Positions 1-12,789 of a stretch of 64,000 nt of DNA are shown here, piece by piece. The notes below the pieces were generated by a model. The model was not told the origin of the DNA. It saw only the letters and a program-made list of their open reading frames with translations, and made no database searches. Both the position numbers and the translations under genes were made by a program. Source of the stretch: Lama glama (lineage: Eukaryota); NCBI GenBank assembly GCA_028534125.1, contig CM052816.1, positions 74,402,001 to 74,466,000 on the forward strand, read 5' to 3'. Numbering within the stretch: position 1 is the stretch's first letter; the number at the start of each line of letters is the position of its first letter.

Positions 1-1224
1 TGAAAGGGAAGAGTGAGGGTAATTGAAAAGGATAAATCCAAAATCAAGGAAACTTCGTCTTCTTGTTTGTTTAAAAGGTGGAAGAGATCCAAGTTGTTTA
101 AATGTTGAGAGGAAAGAGGGAAATGAAGAGAGAAAAGAAGGTACAATTGAAGATGCATCATCCCAGAATAGAGAAGGGAAGAGAGACAAGACTTAAACCC
201 AAGTAGAGGAATTAACTCTGGATATGAAGAAGGGTTTTCTTTTTTCTAAGCTAAAGAGGAAGGAAGTAAAGCTATGTCTGGGTATGAATACACTGGAGGA
301 AGTGCAGTGGGCCAAAGGGGTTGTAGACGACAAGAAATGAGATAGTTTATGTCTGACAGCTTTTATTTTTTCCATGAACTAGAAAGCAAAGTTGGTTGAA
401 AGAGAAAGAAACATTTAAAGTTAGAGATTAAAGAGTGAACATTTGAAAAGCCAGGATGAATTAAGGGTATAGGTGAAACTGGGACTCATAAACTAATATG
501 AGTCTGCAATGTATGATTTTTCACCAATTGCCTTCAGTAGCTGTAGCACTTACGTAAAACAAATATATGGTTGAGTTGATCTATATTTGAGGATTAGTAT
601 ACTTTTTATTGCAGAATTGGTGAGGGAAACAAAAATGGTGTCTGAAGAGATGAGTGTTATCCTAAGCTAGAAAGAAAGGGGTGGGGTGGTTACTCTTTCA
701 GCAACATTATTAAGAACCATAGTTGCATATATATAATACCTTTTCATGTACAAGTTAAATTAAAAAATTAAATTAATTACAATATAGTTTTGCATCTTTA
801 CTTTGCCCTACTGTTTCACACCTAATATAACTAACATTTTTTGGTATATAACCAAAACTCTTATCCTGACAAGGGGTGATAGAGGAGTGGTGCTTGACAG
901 TTTTCTATACTCACTCTTACTAACTTCTAAGTTTTTTAAGGAAAATAATATATACTTAGATCAGGAAAGAGCCAATGCTGGTATAGTGTGTGGTGAGGAT
1001 TCAAGATAGAGCCAGGATCTGTACCTAAGCCAGACATTAAAGGTGATCAGAGCTAAAATTAGACCAGGAGTAGGCATGGAGTCAGGCCTGGAATTGGAAA
1101 CCAGTGTGAGATAGAGGTCAGGATTTGAGTTCAGTGCCCAACTGGGATCAGGTACAGAGTTGAATGGCACTAGACCTAGATAACAATAATTCCAAGTTCT
1201 ATTATTCAGACCCTGTCAATGTTC

Positions 1225-1560
1225 ATAGAATAACTTGCTGGGATATTGATTGGGATCACACTGAATCTATAGATGAAATTGGGAAAAACTGACATCTTGA
1301 CCATATTGACTCTTCCTACCCATGATCATGGACTATCTCTTTATATATTTTGTTCTCTGATTTACTTCATCAAAGTTGTGATTTCCTACTTTGAATAAGC
1401 AATTCTACTAAGACATCAGCCAAAAAACCCCAGGAATTCATATTGAAGGATGTTTATCACAGATTACTTAGGATAGCAAAAATTTGAAAATTTAAGTGTA
1501 TGTCTAAGTAAATACCCTTATGTCTAAAGAATAGTTCAATCAATTATCAATAATAAATTG
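1225..1560. mobile_element. Old L1 fragments
   Basis: GATTGGGATCACACTGAATCTATAGAT...GACATCTTG is antisense L1 ORF2-like; a degraded sense fragment follows. Confidence 0.7.
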
Positions 1561-2349
1561 AACAAAAGGTTTTTTTATTTTTGAGCAAACAAACATTTAA
1601 CAAAAGGGTTCAGAATCACTGAGAATCACTGATTATTGTTTGAAGAATTTTTATTGAACTTAGTGTTTCTATGCCTATGCCCAGTTTAATGTGCAGATGA
1701 GAATTCTTAAAGTTGACACATTTCAGCCCCCAAATCCCTTAATGATGGAATCATTTCTAAACATTCATTTGAAAATAGTCTTGCTATAGATTAATTTTTG
1801 GCCCAAAGCAGTTACTTGGTCATCATGGGCTAACATTTCATTAGGTATGATAGATTTTCATTCTTTTTAACTTTTTAATATGTCTGATGAACTTGTACAA
1901 GGGTAGAGCCGACAGCTCTGCTACTTTCTTATTGTTGACTTGTGTTGGTACTATTAATATTATTGTCAATCATGTTTCATTTATTAAAGTTACTGTATTT
2001 TGAAAGGATTCGTTTACTTTTAAGTAGATAATATAATAAATAAACTCTCTTAATCAGGTACATGCAAACTGTACTACATATCAACATCCTGTGACTGGAG
2101 AGAAAAATAAAGATGTAACTGTTCAGTTTTATGACTCCCACTCTCCTTGGGAGAAGAGGAACCTGCTGTATCATAAATGAAGCATAACTGGCATACAGAC
2201 AGAGTGAGGAATAACATTCCACTATTAAATTTTAATCAAATTATTTGCCTTGATTTCTAGATAAAAATAAACACAAGTAGGAATTCCATTGTTTTCTTTC
2301 TCCATCTCAGTGGCTCATCTTTTACAAAGCTCATAAGCCTTTACTGAAA

Positions 2350-2620
2350 CGACTGATGGATGAGAGTGAAGGGAGGTGTCATTTCTCTCACGGTGGCTGA
2401 AGAAGTTCTTGAGCCTAGAGGGTAACTGATTCACTGGATCAATAATACTGTTAAGAAACCATGTCCTTTTAGTCTCTTCTTCCTGCTGCCCTTAATGCTG
2501 TCATAATTTTTAGGCTGGAAGCAAAAAGTCTGCAATTTCAGGTATTACATGCAGACTTAATCAACAACCAGAGGAACACAGCTTTTTTGGAAGAAAGGAA
2601 AATTATTCCAGAGCTGGAGT
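2350..2620 (-). mobile_element. Degraded MaLR (MLT1-like) LTR fragment
   Basis: Weak resemblance to the antisense MLT1 pattern. Confidence 0.4.
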
Positions 2621-4382
2621 GTAATTAGCTTTCCCTGAGGCGTACAGTTGCGTGGATGAAGAATGAATATCAGAAAAAAATCAGATTTCTATTAAGAAGA
2701 GGAAATTGTTTCTGGGAGGCAGACATTTGTAACCACTGTGTAGCCTAGATAGGCAAATTAACCATACAATTTTGACAATCAAATGGATGAAAGAGGTGAA
2801 AGACAGATAGTTCACATCTATTACTTTGCCCAAACCAAGGCCTATAGAAGCGTGGGAAAAACGAAATCAGTGAGTCATGCTTCCTTCCTGAGAGGCACAT
2901 AGAATATCCATTTTTAGGAATGATTTATTAAAAAAAAAAGTGTACAACCATATCTGTGAAAAGATGGTATTCTTGACTATTGGTCAACATTTGATATCCT
3001 TTTACAAAGAAACAATGCTTCATATATTCATTACTGAATTATAATTGACTTTCTGGGATTTCAAAGTATCAAATTTCTGATGGATGTTTTATTTGAACAA
3101 AATCCCGGAGAGAGTGAAATTAAATATCATTTGAGTCCTAGAATATGAGGACTGTTAAGGGTTATGAACATATACATTAAAAAAAATGCAGCTAGGATAT
3201 TTAGTCAGAGAAGGGAAAAGTTGTTCTGAGCCATCATCGAGATGGAAAAATGAAAGACAAGGTGTGGGATGGGGATCGAATGCTGGGAAAAAATGAGTAG
3301 AATGCTAGAACCAAGCGAGGTGAAAATCTATGAATCACAGCGATCAGACGTCTATAGGAATTAGCCAAAAGGAAAGACACTGGAGGTGGTATGGTTCCCT
3401 ATCTATTACCCTTCTTGATCTCCAGAACAGCTTTTAGTGGTGTATTAATATGGAAATGAATCCCTTCAGTACTGCACATGTTGTTTGACAATGTAAATGT
3501 GAAGTCTTCTGATACAATTTCTACATTTGTTTTATCAACACTTGAAATATTTTGAGGTAAAGCAATGGGAAAAAACTAAGAACTAATAATAATTCTTAAA
3601 AAAAGATAAATCTCAATTAGAACATTATAAAGACAATAAGGAATAATATGACAAACCAACTAAATAGCATATAAGATCATTATTATATCTCACCTACATA
3701 TGTAATATAATTTCTTTATGATAAAAGTAGAGGACTAAGATGGAAAATTCTTGTTATGAGTTTTATGTTGGGAGAGAACTTGAAGGCAATTTAGTCTAAA
3801 TTCCAATATAGCAGAGAAAAATCCCACAAACACTGCATGGTAGCTAAAGCAGCAGGAGAAAACACTTGGTTGCTTTGTTAGTTTTGTCAATGGTAGGCCT
3901 ATTGGGTTAGCATGACTAGCAAAAATAAGATAAGCTGAATGTATTGGCTTCATTTAACATAGCCTTAGTTTATGACAAAATTAAATATAAACCATCACTG
4001 ACGTTTGAATAGAAAACTCATCATGTAACTACTACTAGTATCCATCCTTCAAAACTAAACACAGGGTTATTAAAGACCAAGAATACTACTGAAGATAAAT
4101 ATACTTCTAAACTTTTGGAAGTACTGAAAACAATTATTATAATCAATTATAAGACTGATGTCCCTGGCAGAATATGACTGAATTGTTCTGTTCAGCATGG
4201 CATTTCTTATTTCATAATAATTTCAGAAGGTATTATTAAGCAGTAAGGAGTCCTGCCCTTAACTAATGAATTTAACAAGATCAGATTAAAAGAAATTTAC
4301 TGTCGATGACGTAAAAAGTCTCTAGTCTTAAAGGTGCTCAAATATATCATATTTTTTAATTTTACTTTTTCCCCTAACTTAC

Positions 4383-4451
4383 CTTTCAAGTTATGTTGAT
4401 ATTCAATGGTCTGTTGTAGCCCTTTTATCATATTATGAAGAGTAGCACATT
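4383..4451 (-). CDS. CCDC152: CCDC152 exon 4 (69 nt); further exons lie beyond the window start
   Basis: ECATLHNMIKGLQQTIEYQHNLK; TTTTAG acceptor, GTAAGT donor; phase matches exon 3. Confidence 0.95.
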
Positions 4452-5164
4452 CTAAAACATAAAAGATAAATTTATTTGAATATTATTTGCTTTCTTTTTG
4501 GAATTATTCTCTCAAAGTTGAAATACTTAAAATAATGTTTAATTGACAATTATGAGACAATAGAACAGCTGAGTATCTCAAAGTCAATTATATAATAAAT
4601 ACTTTTAAATCACTCTTTAAGTCAAATGCATTCCAGGATTGAGTAATGAGTTTTCTAAGGCTCAATAACTCCAGTATGGTGGGGACTCCCCCATGTGCCT
4701 TAGCAACCACTGCCCTAAAAGTAAGGCTTATTTGAACATGTCTGGAAAAGTATGAGATATGTATCCAAGTGAATTTTCCATATAAGAACATCCCAAGGAA
4801 AGAGGGTCAAGATGCATTAAGTTCTGTTCCAAGACAGAGAGCCAGAGCTGGTGAGAAGGTATCATTTGGGAGAAGATAGTGCTTTTCTTCCTCTGTCCTC
4901 CAAGCTGTCCTCTTAGTTCTCATGCCTGAGTCCAAGGCAAGGGAGTAGCTAGCAATAGGAGGAGTGAAAACTGTGTGTCTTGTTACAAGGCATCAGCAAC
5001 TTTGGGCCAATGACTTCTTACATAATGGGAGATGGGGAGTCTTCTTTGCAAGCATTAGTGCCCTGACATATGCCTATAAGCTTTCAGTATATCCTTGGGT
5101 ATCACCACCAGCAGCTCCACCTTTGATGGGTAGCAACAGTGGTGGAAACTTCTATAACTGTAAG

Positions 5165-5575
5165 CAGTCCACATGACTGTAAGCTCCAGGGTAGCGGGGA
5201 CTGTTTTCTGTTTTGTTTATCATTTCTCCCTAGTACTTAGAAGACTTGTGGGCCCTAACAGGTGTTCCATAAATATTTGTTGAGTGATTGATTGATAGGC
5301 AATATAGTAAAAAAAAAGGGGTAAGTAAGAAACTGTGATGTGAAAATAATGTATTATATTGCTATTCTAAGTGCTTGGCAAATATTAAATCATTTAACCC
5401 TCTTAATCATATGACATTGGTTCTGGTATTTGCCTCATTTTACATAAGAAGAACTTGATATGCAGAAGTTTAGCAAATTGTCCAAAGTCACACTTTTAAG
5501 TAGTAAGTGGTAGAGCTACAACATGAACCCCAGCAATCTAGCACTAAATCTACGATTTTAACTACTTTACTACCA
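5165..5575. mobile_element. L2 3' end followed by an antisense MIR
   Basis: TGTAAGCTCC...ATAAATATTTGTTGAGTG (L2 tail); CCTCATTTTACA...CCAAAGTCACAC (MIR core). Confidence 0.75.
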
Positions 5576-7749
5576 CCAAGACGACCATTGCAGGAGCACT
5601 TCTTCAGAGTAAGTTGAGTAGGTTGAAAGCCCTGAAAAGAGGGCAAGAACAGAACTGCAGAGACTCTGTGATAATTACTGCTATCACATTTTTACTATAA
5701 GGTTAAGAAACAAGTTACTAGCTAAATATATAATGATGAAAACTTCCTGAAAGAGTAACTTGATATTTTTAAAAAGAAAGATAACTTTAAAGTTTGAGGG
5801 CAATTTCACTTTTATGTGCCTGGCTTAAAAGCTAATAAATATTGAACCTTGTTATCTTTCTTTCAGTTTTAGAGGCCCATGGCCAATATTCAGCTAGTAT
5901 GCGCTAGTGTGACATACTGACTAGTTTCTATTCTAGTTGGGCATCCGTTTTGATGGTTAAATATTAAATACCACATTTGTATCTAACAGTAAAAGTTGTC
6001 TAGGTCTAATAAAGCACTATTATTGAATATTTATTCTGAATAATACTTGTATTACACTAAGTGCATTATAACTACTACCCCAATTAACATTCAAACTAAT
6101 ACTGACAAATTGGTATCATTACCGTGATTTTACAAAGGGAGAAAGTCACCCACAGAGGTCTGGTTACTTGCCAAAGATTCCACAGTATATGGAAGATATA
6201 GATTTGAACATTGGTTTTTCACACTTCAAATCTTGTGCTCTTAACCTGCTATTCTCAATACTTCCTCAGGAATTGTACAATATGCTGATGAAACCACGAA
6301 ATAGGAAATAAGAGAAACTGGATTAGAGTTTTCTCTTTTTCACTTTGTAGCTATGACACTCTGGGTAAGCTGTCATTCTCGTATATTAGACTGTTCTGAC
6401 AACCAAATGAAAAAATACACTTTCTAAATTCACTTACAAATATTTAACATTGTTATTGTTGTTGTTTTAATTTCTTGCCTCTGTGTCCCATAATAATTCA
6501 TATACATCACTCTTCCCTATTTTCACATTGCATTTTAGTTATCTGTGGTTTCTGACACTAGACAGTGAAATCTTTCAGGTAAAGATATCTTTATTTTTTT
6601 TGATATTCCTTGCATCTAATATGGTGGCTATTTCAAAGATGTTTAATAGTTTTTGTATTTATTGACTAAATGGAAGAAACAATACTGTGAGAGGAGAGGG
6701 CAAAACTTCGCCTTTTAGGTAGAGGTCCTGCATTCAGTCTCCATGTATTTTTTTCAACTACACTAATAGAAATGGAAGTATTTTGCAGAATTTTGCTTTA
6801 TTGAAGTATAAAGTTCTCCTCCTTCCCATTCCCTATCTTTCCTGCCACCTACACAGACAAAGTTCGCACCATTCATTTTTTTTCTTTTGCTATTTCCCAG
6901 TAATAGAATGATGGTTAAATTATATTTGGCATCACCTACTTGATGTATGTTATTGAATTAGCTGCTACAATTAAAAATGGAGGCATAGACCCTGCCATCA
7001 CTTGTCTTTGTGCCTTTAGAGGTATGAATTCAGAAATTGATGAAATATGGTACCTCAGGAATCGGCAAATTGAAAACAGAACCCTGAAACTGAAAGTATA
7101 AGTTTCAAAAACATGTACTTTCATAATTAGACCACAAGGTGACTCTCTCAATGCATTTTTTAACAAAGGAAACTGGCTTAATTAGGAATTCTTCATAAAG
7201 TAAAATACCATTCATTATTTTAGAATAATAGCTTTTAATTCTCTTTGTAAGCCATTACCTACATTATCATTTCTTTTGGACTTTACAGTGTAATTTGAAG
7301 AATACTATCTTATCCAGTTCTTAAAAACTAGAGCTAGGAATATTAAGCTACCACTTATACGATATAATTTAGTAAATCAGTGATTATTTTGAGGTCAAAT
7401 TTAGGCTCTATCATTAACTAGCAATTTGGGCATTAACATTTATTTCATAAAGCAGTTGGAAATATTAAATACAATTCTGAAAAGGATTTTTTAATAGTAT
7501 TTGGTCCTTGATATCAATATTATTACTACCTTGAAGTGGCAAAGAAATTCTTTACTGGTATTAGTGTAGAAAATATCAAGATCTCATTCTTTGACGCTGA
7601 ACGAGTCCAATCATATATTGTTGTTCTTCCACTCTAAGTGAATTAGTACCTACTTTGCTTTCTAAATTATCATTCTCACTTGTTCTTTTATTTCTGGTAT
7701 GTATTACTCAGCAAAAAGGCCATTAGATTTAGCATAAGTATGATTGGAT

Positions 7750-9296
7750 TTTAAAAAAGTATTTGATTTATGTTTTTCAAATAATACATACCCATGAGAC
7801 ACAAGTTTAGTCAAAAGTGAGTATCTCACCAATCTCTGCCCTCAAACTAACCAGTTTTCCTCCCACCAAAGCAACTGTTACCAGGATGCTGTTTATCTTT
7901 CCAGAGATACATAAATATATAGGGCAGAGGGTGTTTGTGTGTGTGCAAAATAACATACTATTGTGTACATTGTTGTTTTCCTTTATTATATGTTGGTGAC
8001 TGTCCTATATCATATAAACCTACATCACTTTTAATCAGTTACATAGTATTTTATTAAATAAATATACCGTAATTTATTTAACCAGATATCCACTGATAGA
8101 TGTCATACTTGGGAAGGCTTTATCCATTCTCAAAAACATAAAAAGCAAAAAGCTCTATATTCGCTTCTAGTTTTTATGTGTGTGTGTGGCTTTATTTTTT
8201 GAGCTTTAATTAACTTTAGTTTTTAGAAGTTTTAGATGTTCAGAAAAATTGGGAAGATATTAGAGAGTTGCCAAATATCCTATATCTGGTTTCCTCTATT
8301 ATTAACATCTTACGTTAGCGCGGTACGCTTGTTACAATTAATGAACCAATGTTGATTATTAACCAACATGATTATTAACTAAAATCTATATTTTGATTTT
8401 CTTAATTTTTACCTAATGTCCTTTTTCGGTTCTGATTCCATCCACAATACCACACTACATTTAGTTGTCATGTCTTCTATGAGTCCCCCTTTCAGAGTTT
8501 TCTTATTTTTGATGACCTTGAAAGTTTTGCAGTATACTGGCTGGGTATTTTGTAGTACGTCCTTCTATGTGAATTTGTCTGATGCTTTCATTAGATGAGG
8601 TCGTGGGGAGGAAGACTATAGAGGTAAAGTGCCATTTTCATCATATCATACCACAGGTACTTACCTGCAACATGACATCAAGTTGCCTTGATTACCTGCC
8701 TTAGGTCATGTAAGTCAGATTTCCCCACTGTCTGCTCTCCACCACCCCATTTTCCGTATTGTACATTTCATTGTAGTGAAGAAAGTCACTACACACAGCC
8801 CACAGTTGATGAGTGGGATGTTCTGATACACTTCCTTGAGGGCAAATCAATAAGTTATTTGGAATTCTGCAGAGATAGATCTCTTTGCCCTCCCTTCTTT
8901 ATTTATTCAGTCATTTATTTTTATCAGTATGGACTCATGGATATTTATTATATACTTTGGGTTACAATACAATACTGCTTTATTTTGTTGCTCAAATTGT
9001 TTCAGCTTTGGCCACTGAGAACTCTTTCAGTTGCCTCCTGTGTCCCTTTGACAAACCCCCATCATTGTGGAGTTTTTTACTTTTTGAGCACTTTCTTACT
9101 TTCTGAGCCTACAAGATGCTTCAGGCTCATCTCATATAGTTCTTGCCCTAGTCTTAGAATCAGCCAATCAGTTCCTTTTTATTATAAAGTGGTATTAGAA
9201 ACCAAGATCTCAATGCTAGGTGCACTTGTTGCTACCGGGGTATTGTTGATTCTATGCACTCTCAGTTGACATAGCAAGGAGTTGTATGTATGTGGC
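7750..9296 (-). mobile_element. Old L1M (L1MB/MC/ME-like) 3' regions, antisense
   Basis: Typical L1M 3'UTR motifs (TTAACATCTTAC, GTTACAATTAATGAACCAAT, TTAGAAACCAAGATCT); abuts the GPX1 retrocopy tail. Confidence 0.8.
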
Positions 9297-10067
9297 TTAT
9301 TTTTTTCTTTTTCTGATACCCAGCACTTTATTAGTAAACATCCTTGATCTAAGAAAGGGGAGGCTGGGATGGACAGGACTAGCATCCATCTAGGGGGATT
9401 TTCCTGGCCATCAGGCGGTTTCTCCATGCAGGTTTAGAGGAAACACCCTCATGGATGAAACCCACAGAGGGCAGCACTGTGACGGACAAGCAGTGGGGTA
9501 GGAGGGGTGTCCTACGTACAGCGGGGCCCTTGGAGCAGCAGGGCTTCCATGTCGGGCATAGGTGCACCTTCAGGGAACTTCTCCTAGTTCTAGGCAACAT
9601 CGTTGCAGCACACCGCAGACCAGGTGCTGAGCATGGAATCGGTCCAACACGGCGGTTGTCAGTGGTCCAGGGCAATGCCATTCAACACATGCTTCTGGAA
9701 AAGCATGCCCATCTCTGATGAACTTGAGAGAATTCAGGCTCTCTTTGTACCTGGCATTCTCCTGATGCCCAGAACTGGTTGCATAAGAAGCCCAGCATTA
9801 CCAGGCCTGAGGCAGAGGTGTCAGTGTGGCTTGTTCATCTGAGTGTCCTTTTAGACCTTTGTGCCTCAGAACAGTGCTACTTTCTCGATGGGCGGCACCT
9901 TACCAGACCGGACACCCAGGCTCCCTGTGGGCCAAGGGGTGCACAGAAAATATGCAGCGCAAGGAGCCACAGTGGGGAGGGAGGCTGCTGGGAGCTGAGC
10001 AGAGCACATGGAATGGATGTCTGAAAAGTGAGGGGAGAGCTTCAGCCTCGGACAGCCCATTTTAACA
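9297..10067 (-). pseudogene. GPX1: Processed GPX1 (glutathione peroxidase 1) retro-pseudogene in CCDC152 intron 3
   Basis: Minus-strand fragments MCSAQL..., GKVPPIEKVALF-UGA-GT, GLVMLGFLCNQF, HQENA (no intron at the GPX1 exon junction), LNSLKF, TWSAVCCNDVA, PDMEALLLQGPRCT*; frameshifts, deletions and stops; AATAAA at 9332-9327; A-tail remnant at 9312-9297. Confidence 0.93.
9394..9466 (-). promoter_or_regulatory. SECIS element of the GPX1 retrocopy
   Basis: ATGA(9452-9449)-GGGTGTTTCCTCT-AAA(9435-9433)-CCTGCATGGAGAAACCGCC-TGAT: AUGA/GA quartet, 13-nt spacer to apical AAA, partly complementary helix II. Confidence 0.85.
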
Positions 10068-10411
10068 CTAACATTTTGACCCCTCTGAAATTTCTTCTGG
10101 TGTAATTGCAAGGCAGGAAGTCAACTGTACTTTTTCCATGTATCTGAAGACCTGGACTGAGCCTTGGATTTGCCATTTCTCAGCTGAGTGGGCTCAGACA
10201 GGTTATCTTCTTTCATCCATGTTTCTTCATTGCCAAGGTGGAGTAATAACACCTGTTCTAGCTGTCGTTCAGGGCCATATCAAGGATAAAATGAGATGAT
10301 AGTCTGGAACGTTCTATGTGAACTTAAAATATCTTACAAATGTAAAATCACTGTTGTACCAAAAAGCACACTCATTGGAATTACTATTTCTACAGGCAGC
10401 AAAGAACTAAC

Positions 10412-10517
10412 CTTCTTTAATTGCGACCTCCTTTGTCTGCATTACTTTTAATAAACAGTTAGCTTTTTCCAACTGCATATCCAGTATATTGTTCTTTCCA
10501 CTGGTTTCTATTATTTT
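10412..10517 (-). CDS. CCDC152: CCDC152 exon 3 (106 nt)
   Basis: KIIETSGKNNILDMQLEKANCLLKVMQTKEVAIKE; TACAG acceptor, G|GTTAGT donor (phase 1). Confidence 0.95.
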
Positions 10518-12227
10518 CTGTAGAAGAAACAGAATATACATTATTACCACATCAATGCTGCTATTTTGATTTTTGTACCTAAGGACATGAAGACTAATGA
10601 AAATACAAACCATTTAATACCTGAAAGTCTAATAACTAAGTCTGGCATATATTTTTAAACAAGCCAACTTCCAAATTAATTTTAATTTAATCAATAATTT
10701 GGTAAAAAGTTAAAACAGACTAATAGTTATGAAAAGTAAAAATCAGACTAACTTGAACCTCCTTCTTTGCAACTATTCAACCCTCAGTCCTACAGTTAAC
10801 AATCCCTTATATATGTTTCCAAAATATTTTATGACTATACAACTACAGGAAAGGGTTATATTATACTCTGTTCTGCACCTTGGATATTCCACTGGGTACT
10901 ATTTTCTTGTAGTCATATAAGTACATAAAAGTCTACCTTATTCTTTTTAATAGCTGCATTGTGTTTCATTCATGAATATAACTTATTTAAATAGTTCCCT
11001 ATTGAGGAAAACTTGTGTTGTTCCCAGTTCTTTGCCATTACAGACAAAAGATAAGTAGTCTTGAACACATCTCTATGGTATCTTTGTGAGTGATGTAATA
11101 GCTGCCACATACCTTTAAAACACTTTAAAAAAATCAATTCATGACCTGTCTTGTATCATCTATACCTCTCACCATTCTCAATTTCCCTATTTTCATCTGT
11201 TCTGAATTTATCTCAAAGTAACTCCTTGACATTATTATTTCATCCATAAATATTATCATTTATACACATCTCTAAGAGATAAAACTCTTAAGAATTCAAT
11301 CATAATGCCATTATCATATAAGAAATGAACAACAGTTCTTATTTAAAGTGTATAAGAATATGAGATATTTCCAAATTAATCTCCAAAAACTTTGTACCAA
11401 TTCCTCTCCTACCAAAGTGATTTTTATTCCCTTCTCCTCTCTTATTTTGGTAAGAATCACTTGGTTAAGAAAACCCAAGTTCACTGTTTAAAAAAAAGCT
11501 CATGTTATCTCAAAATACCCATCATCATGAAAATTCTTTTATTATGTCAATACTACATGGTACAGAGGAAAAGAAGGAATAGAGGAGAACGATAAGGACA
11601 AAAAATAGAGGTAGATATTATTCCCCCTTCTATTATTATTTCACAAACCCACTTCCCAAATCTTTGTCCTACATTTCTCAACAGCTATTCCTACTCCTCT
11701 CACAGGCAGAGGAGGGGAGGAAAAGACCTAATAAATATTTGTGGTCACGGTCTACCATGTAATATGTCCAGAGACGGGGAGGAGGTCTTCAAATGGGTCT
11801 GCTTTTAGGCAAAAGAGAAGAAAAAGGGAACAGACAGAATAGAAAAGATTAAAAAAAATTAGTTAGCCATATGGTAAGAGATGGAGAACTGAGTCTACTT
11901 CAGTTTTTACTGAACCATTCTTGGGTTTATAGACATCCTGGACATTTACATATGTATTTTCTCTTTTACTTTAGCAAAAGTATATCACAATTATTTGTTC
12001 CTTTGCCCCCAAAGCATTTTGATGTGTTAGTATAAGTGAGCCAAAACTACATATATTTTAAAAACAGATTTAAAAAATGAGAGAGAAGGGGCTTAGCAAA
12101 ATACATTTCCATTATTTTTACCTTTCTCATTTTTTTGGTACATTGTTCTTTCTCCCCAACTCCTTCCACTGGCAAAATTTGTTCCACTTTTCCTTATATT
12201 CTACAATTGTTTGATACCTTTACATAC

Positions 12228-12314
12228 CTTTTCTATCTGTGAGAAGTCATTTATAAGTTTGTCAAGATTCACACTGCTAATCTTTTTCATACATCCTTCG
12301 CTGCTTTGATTCAT
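12228..12314 (-). CDS. CCDC152: CCDC152 exon 2 coding part (exon probably starts at 12321)
   Basis: MNQSSEGCMKKISSVNLDKLINDFSQIEK matches the CCDC152 N-terminus as recalled; CTAG acceptor at 12322, GTATGT donor. Confidence 0.93.
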
Positions 12315-12789
12315 ATTTAAACTAGTAAAGAGCAGATAGTGTTAAAATAAACAAACAAAATCTAAAGCATTCTAATAGTGGTAATAGCTCAAATACTGAA
12401 GTTTCTGTACTATGCTCATGGAGCACCTACTTGAGCTCCATTGCACTCAGAGAATTTTTGTTCTACCCCCGTTATTAACAATGATCAAATGAGTTAAGGT
12501 TTCTCCACTCCTCTCCACCCCGACTCCAGCCAAGTTTTCTCTTAATCTAAAACTAGTGCAATTATATGTGCAAATGTAGAAATTATTTGTCTCTGTTATA
12601 TGCAAAACTAATTATGCCACTGTTCAACACTCACCTCTTTGCCATCACTATGGCTGGACTTAAAATTGATGCATTACTAAATCTGATGCATGACTTTTAA
12701 ATATAGGTATTTTCAACTTAAGATGTTTAAAATATTTAACTATCATGCTACAAATATTTATTTGCTGTATTTCTTGGTAGTTTGCTTAT

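Noticed and set aside
1..4382. SELENOP or CCDC152 exon 5 onward
   Set aside because: Expected by synteny beyond the window start; no matching exons found here
8688..9269. 193-aa plus-strand ORF
   Set aside because: Lies in an antisense L1M 3' region; no recognisable protein
9512..10009. Functional full-length GPX1 retrogene
   Set aside because: TAA five codons after the UGA, plus frameshifts, deletions and further stops, destroy the peroxidase fold
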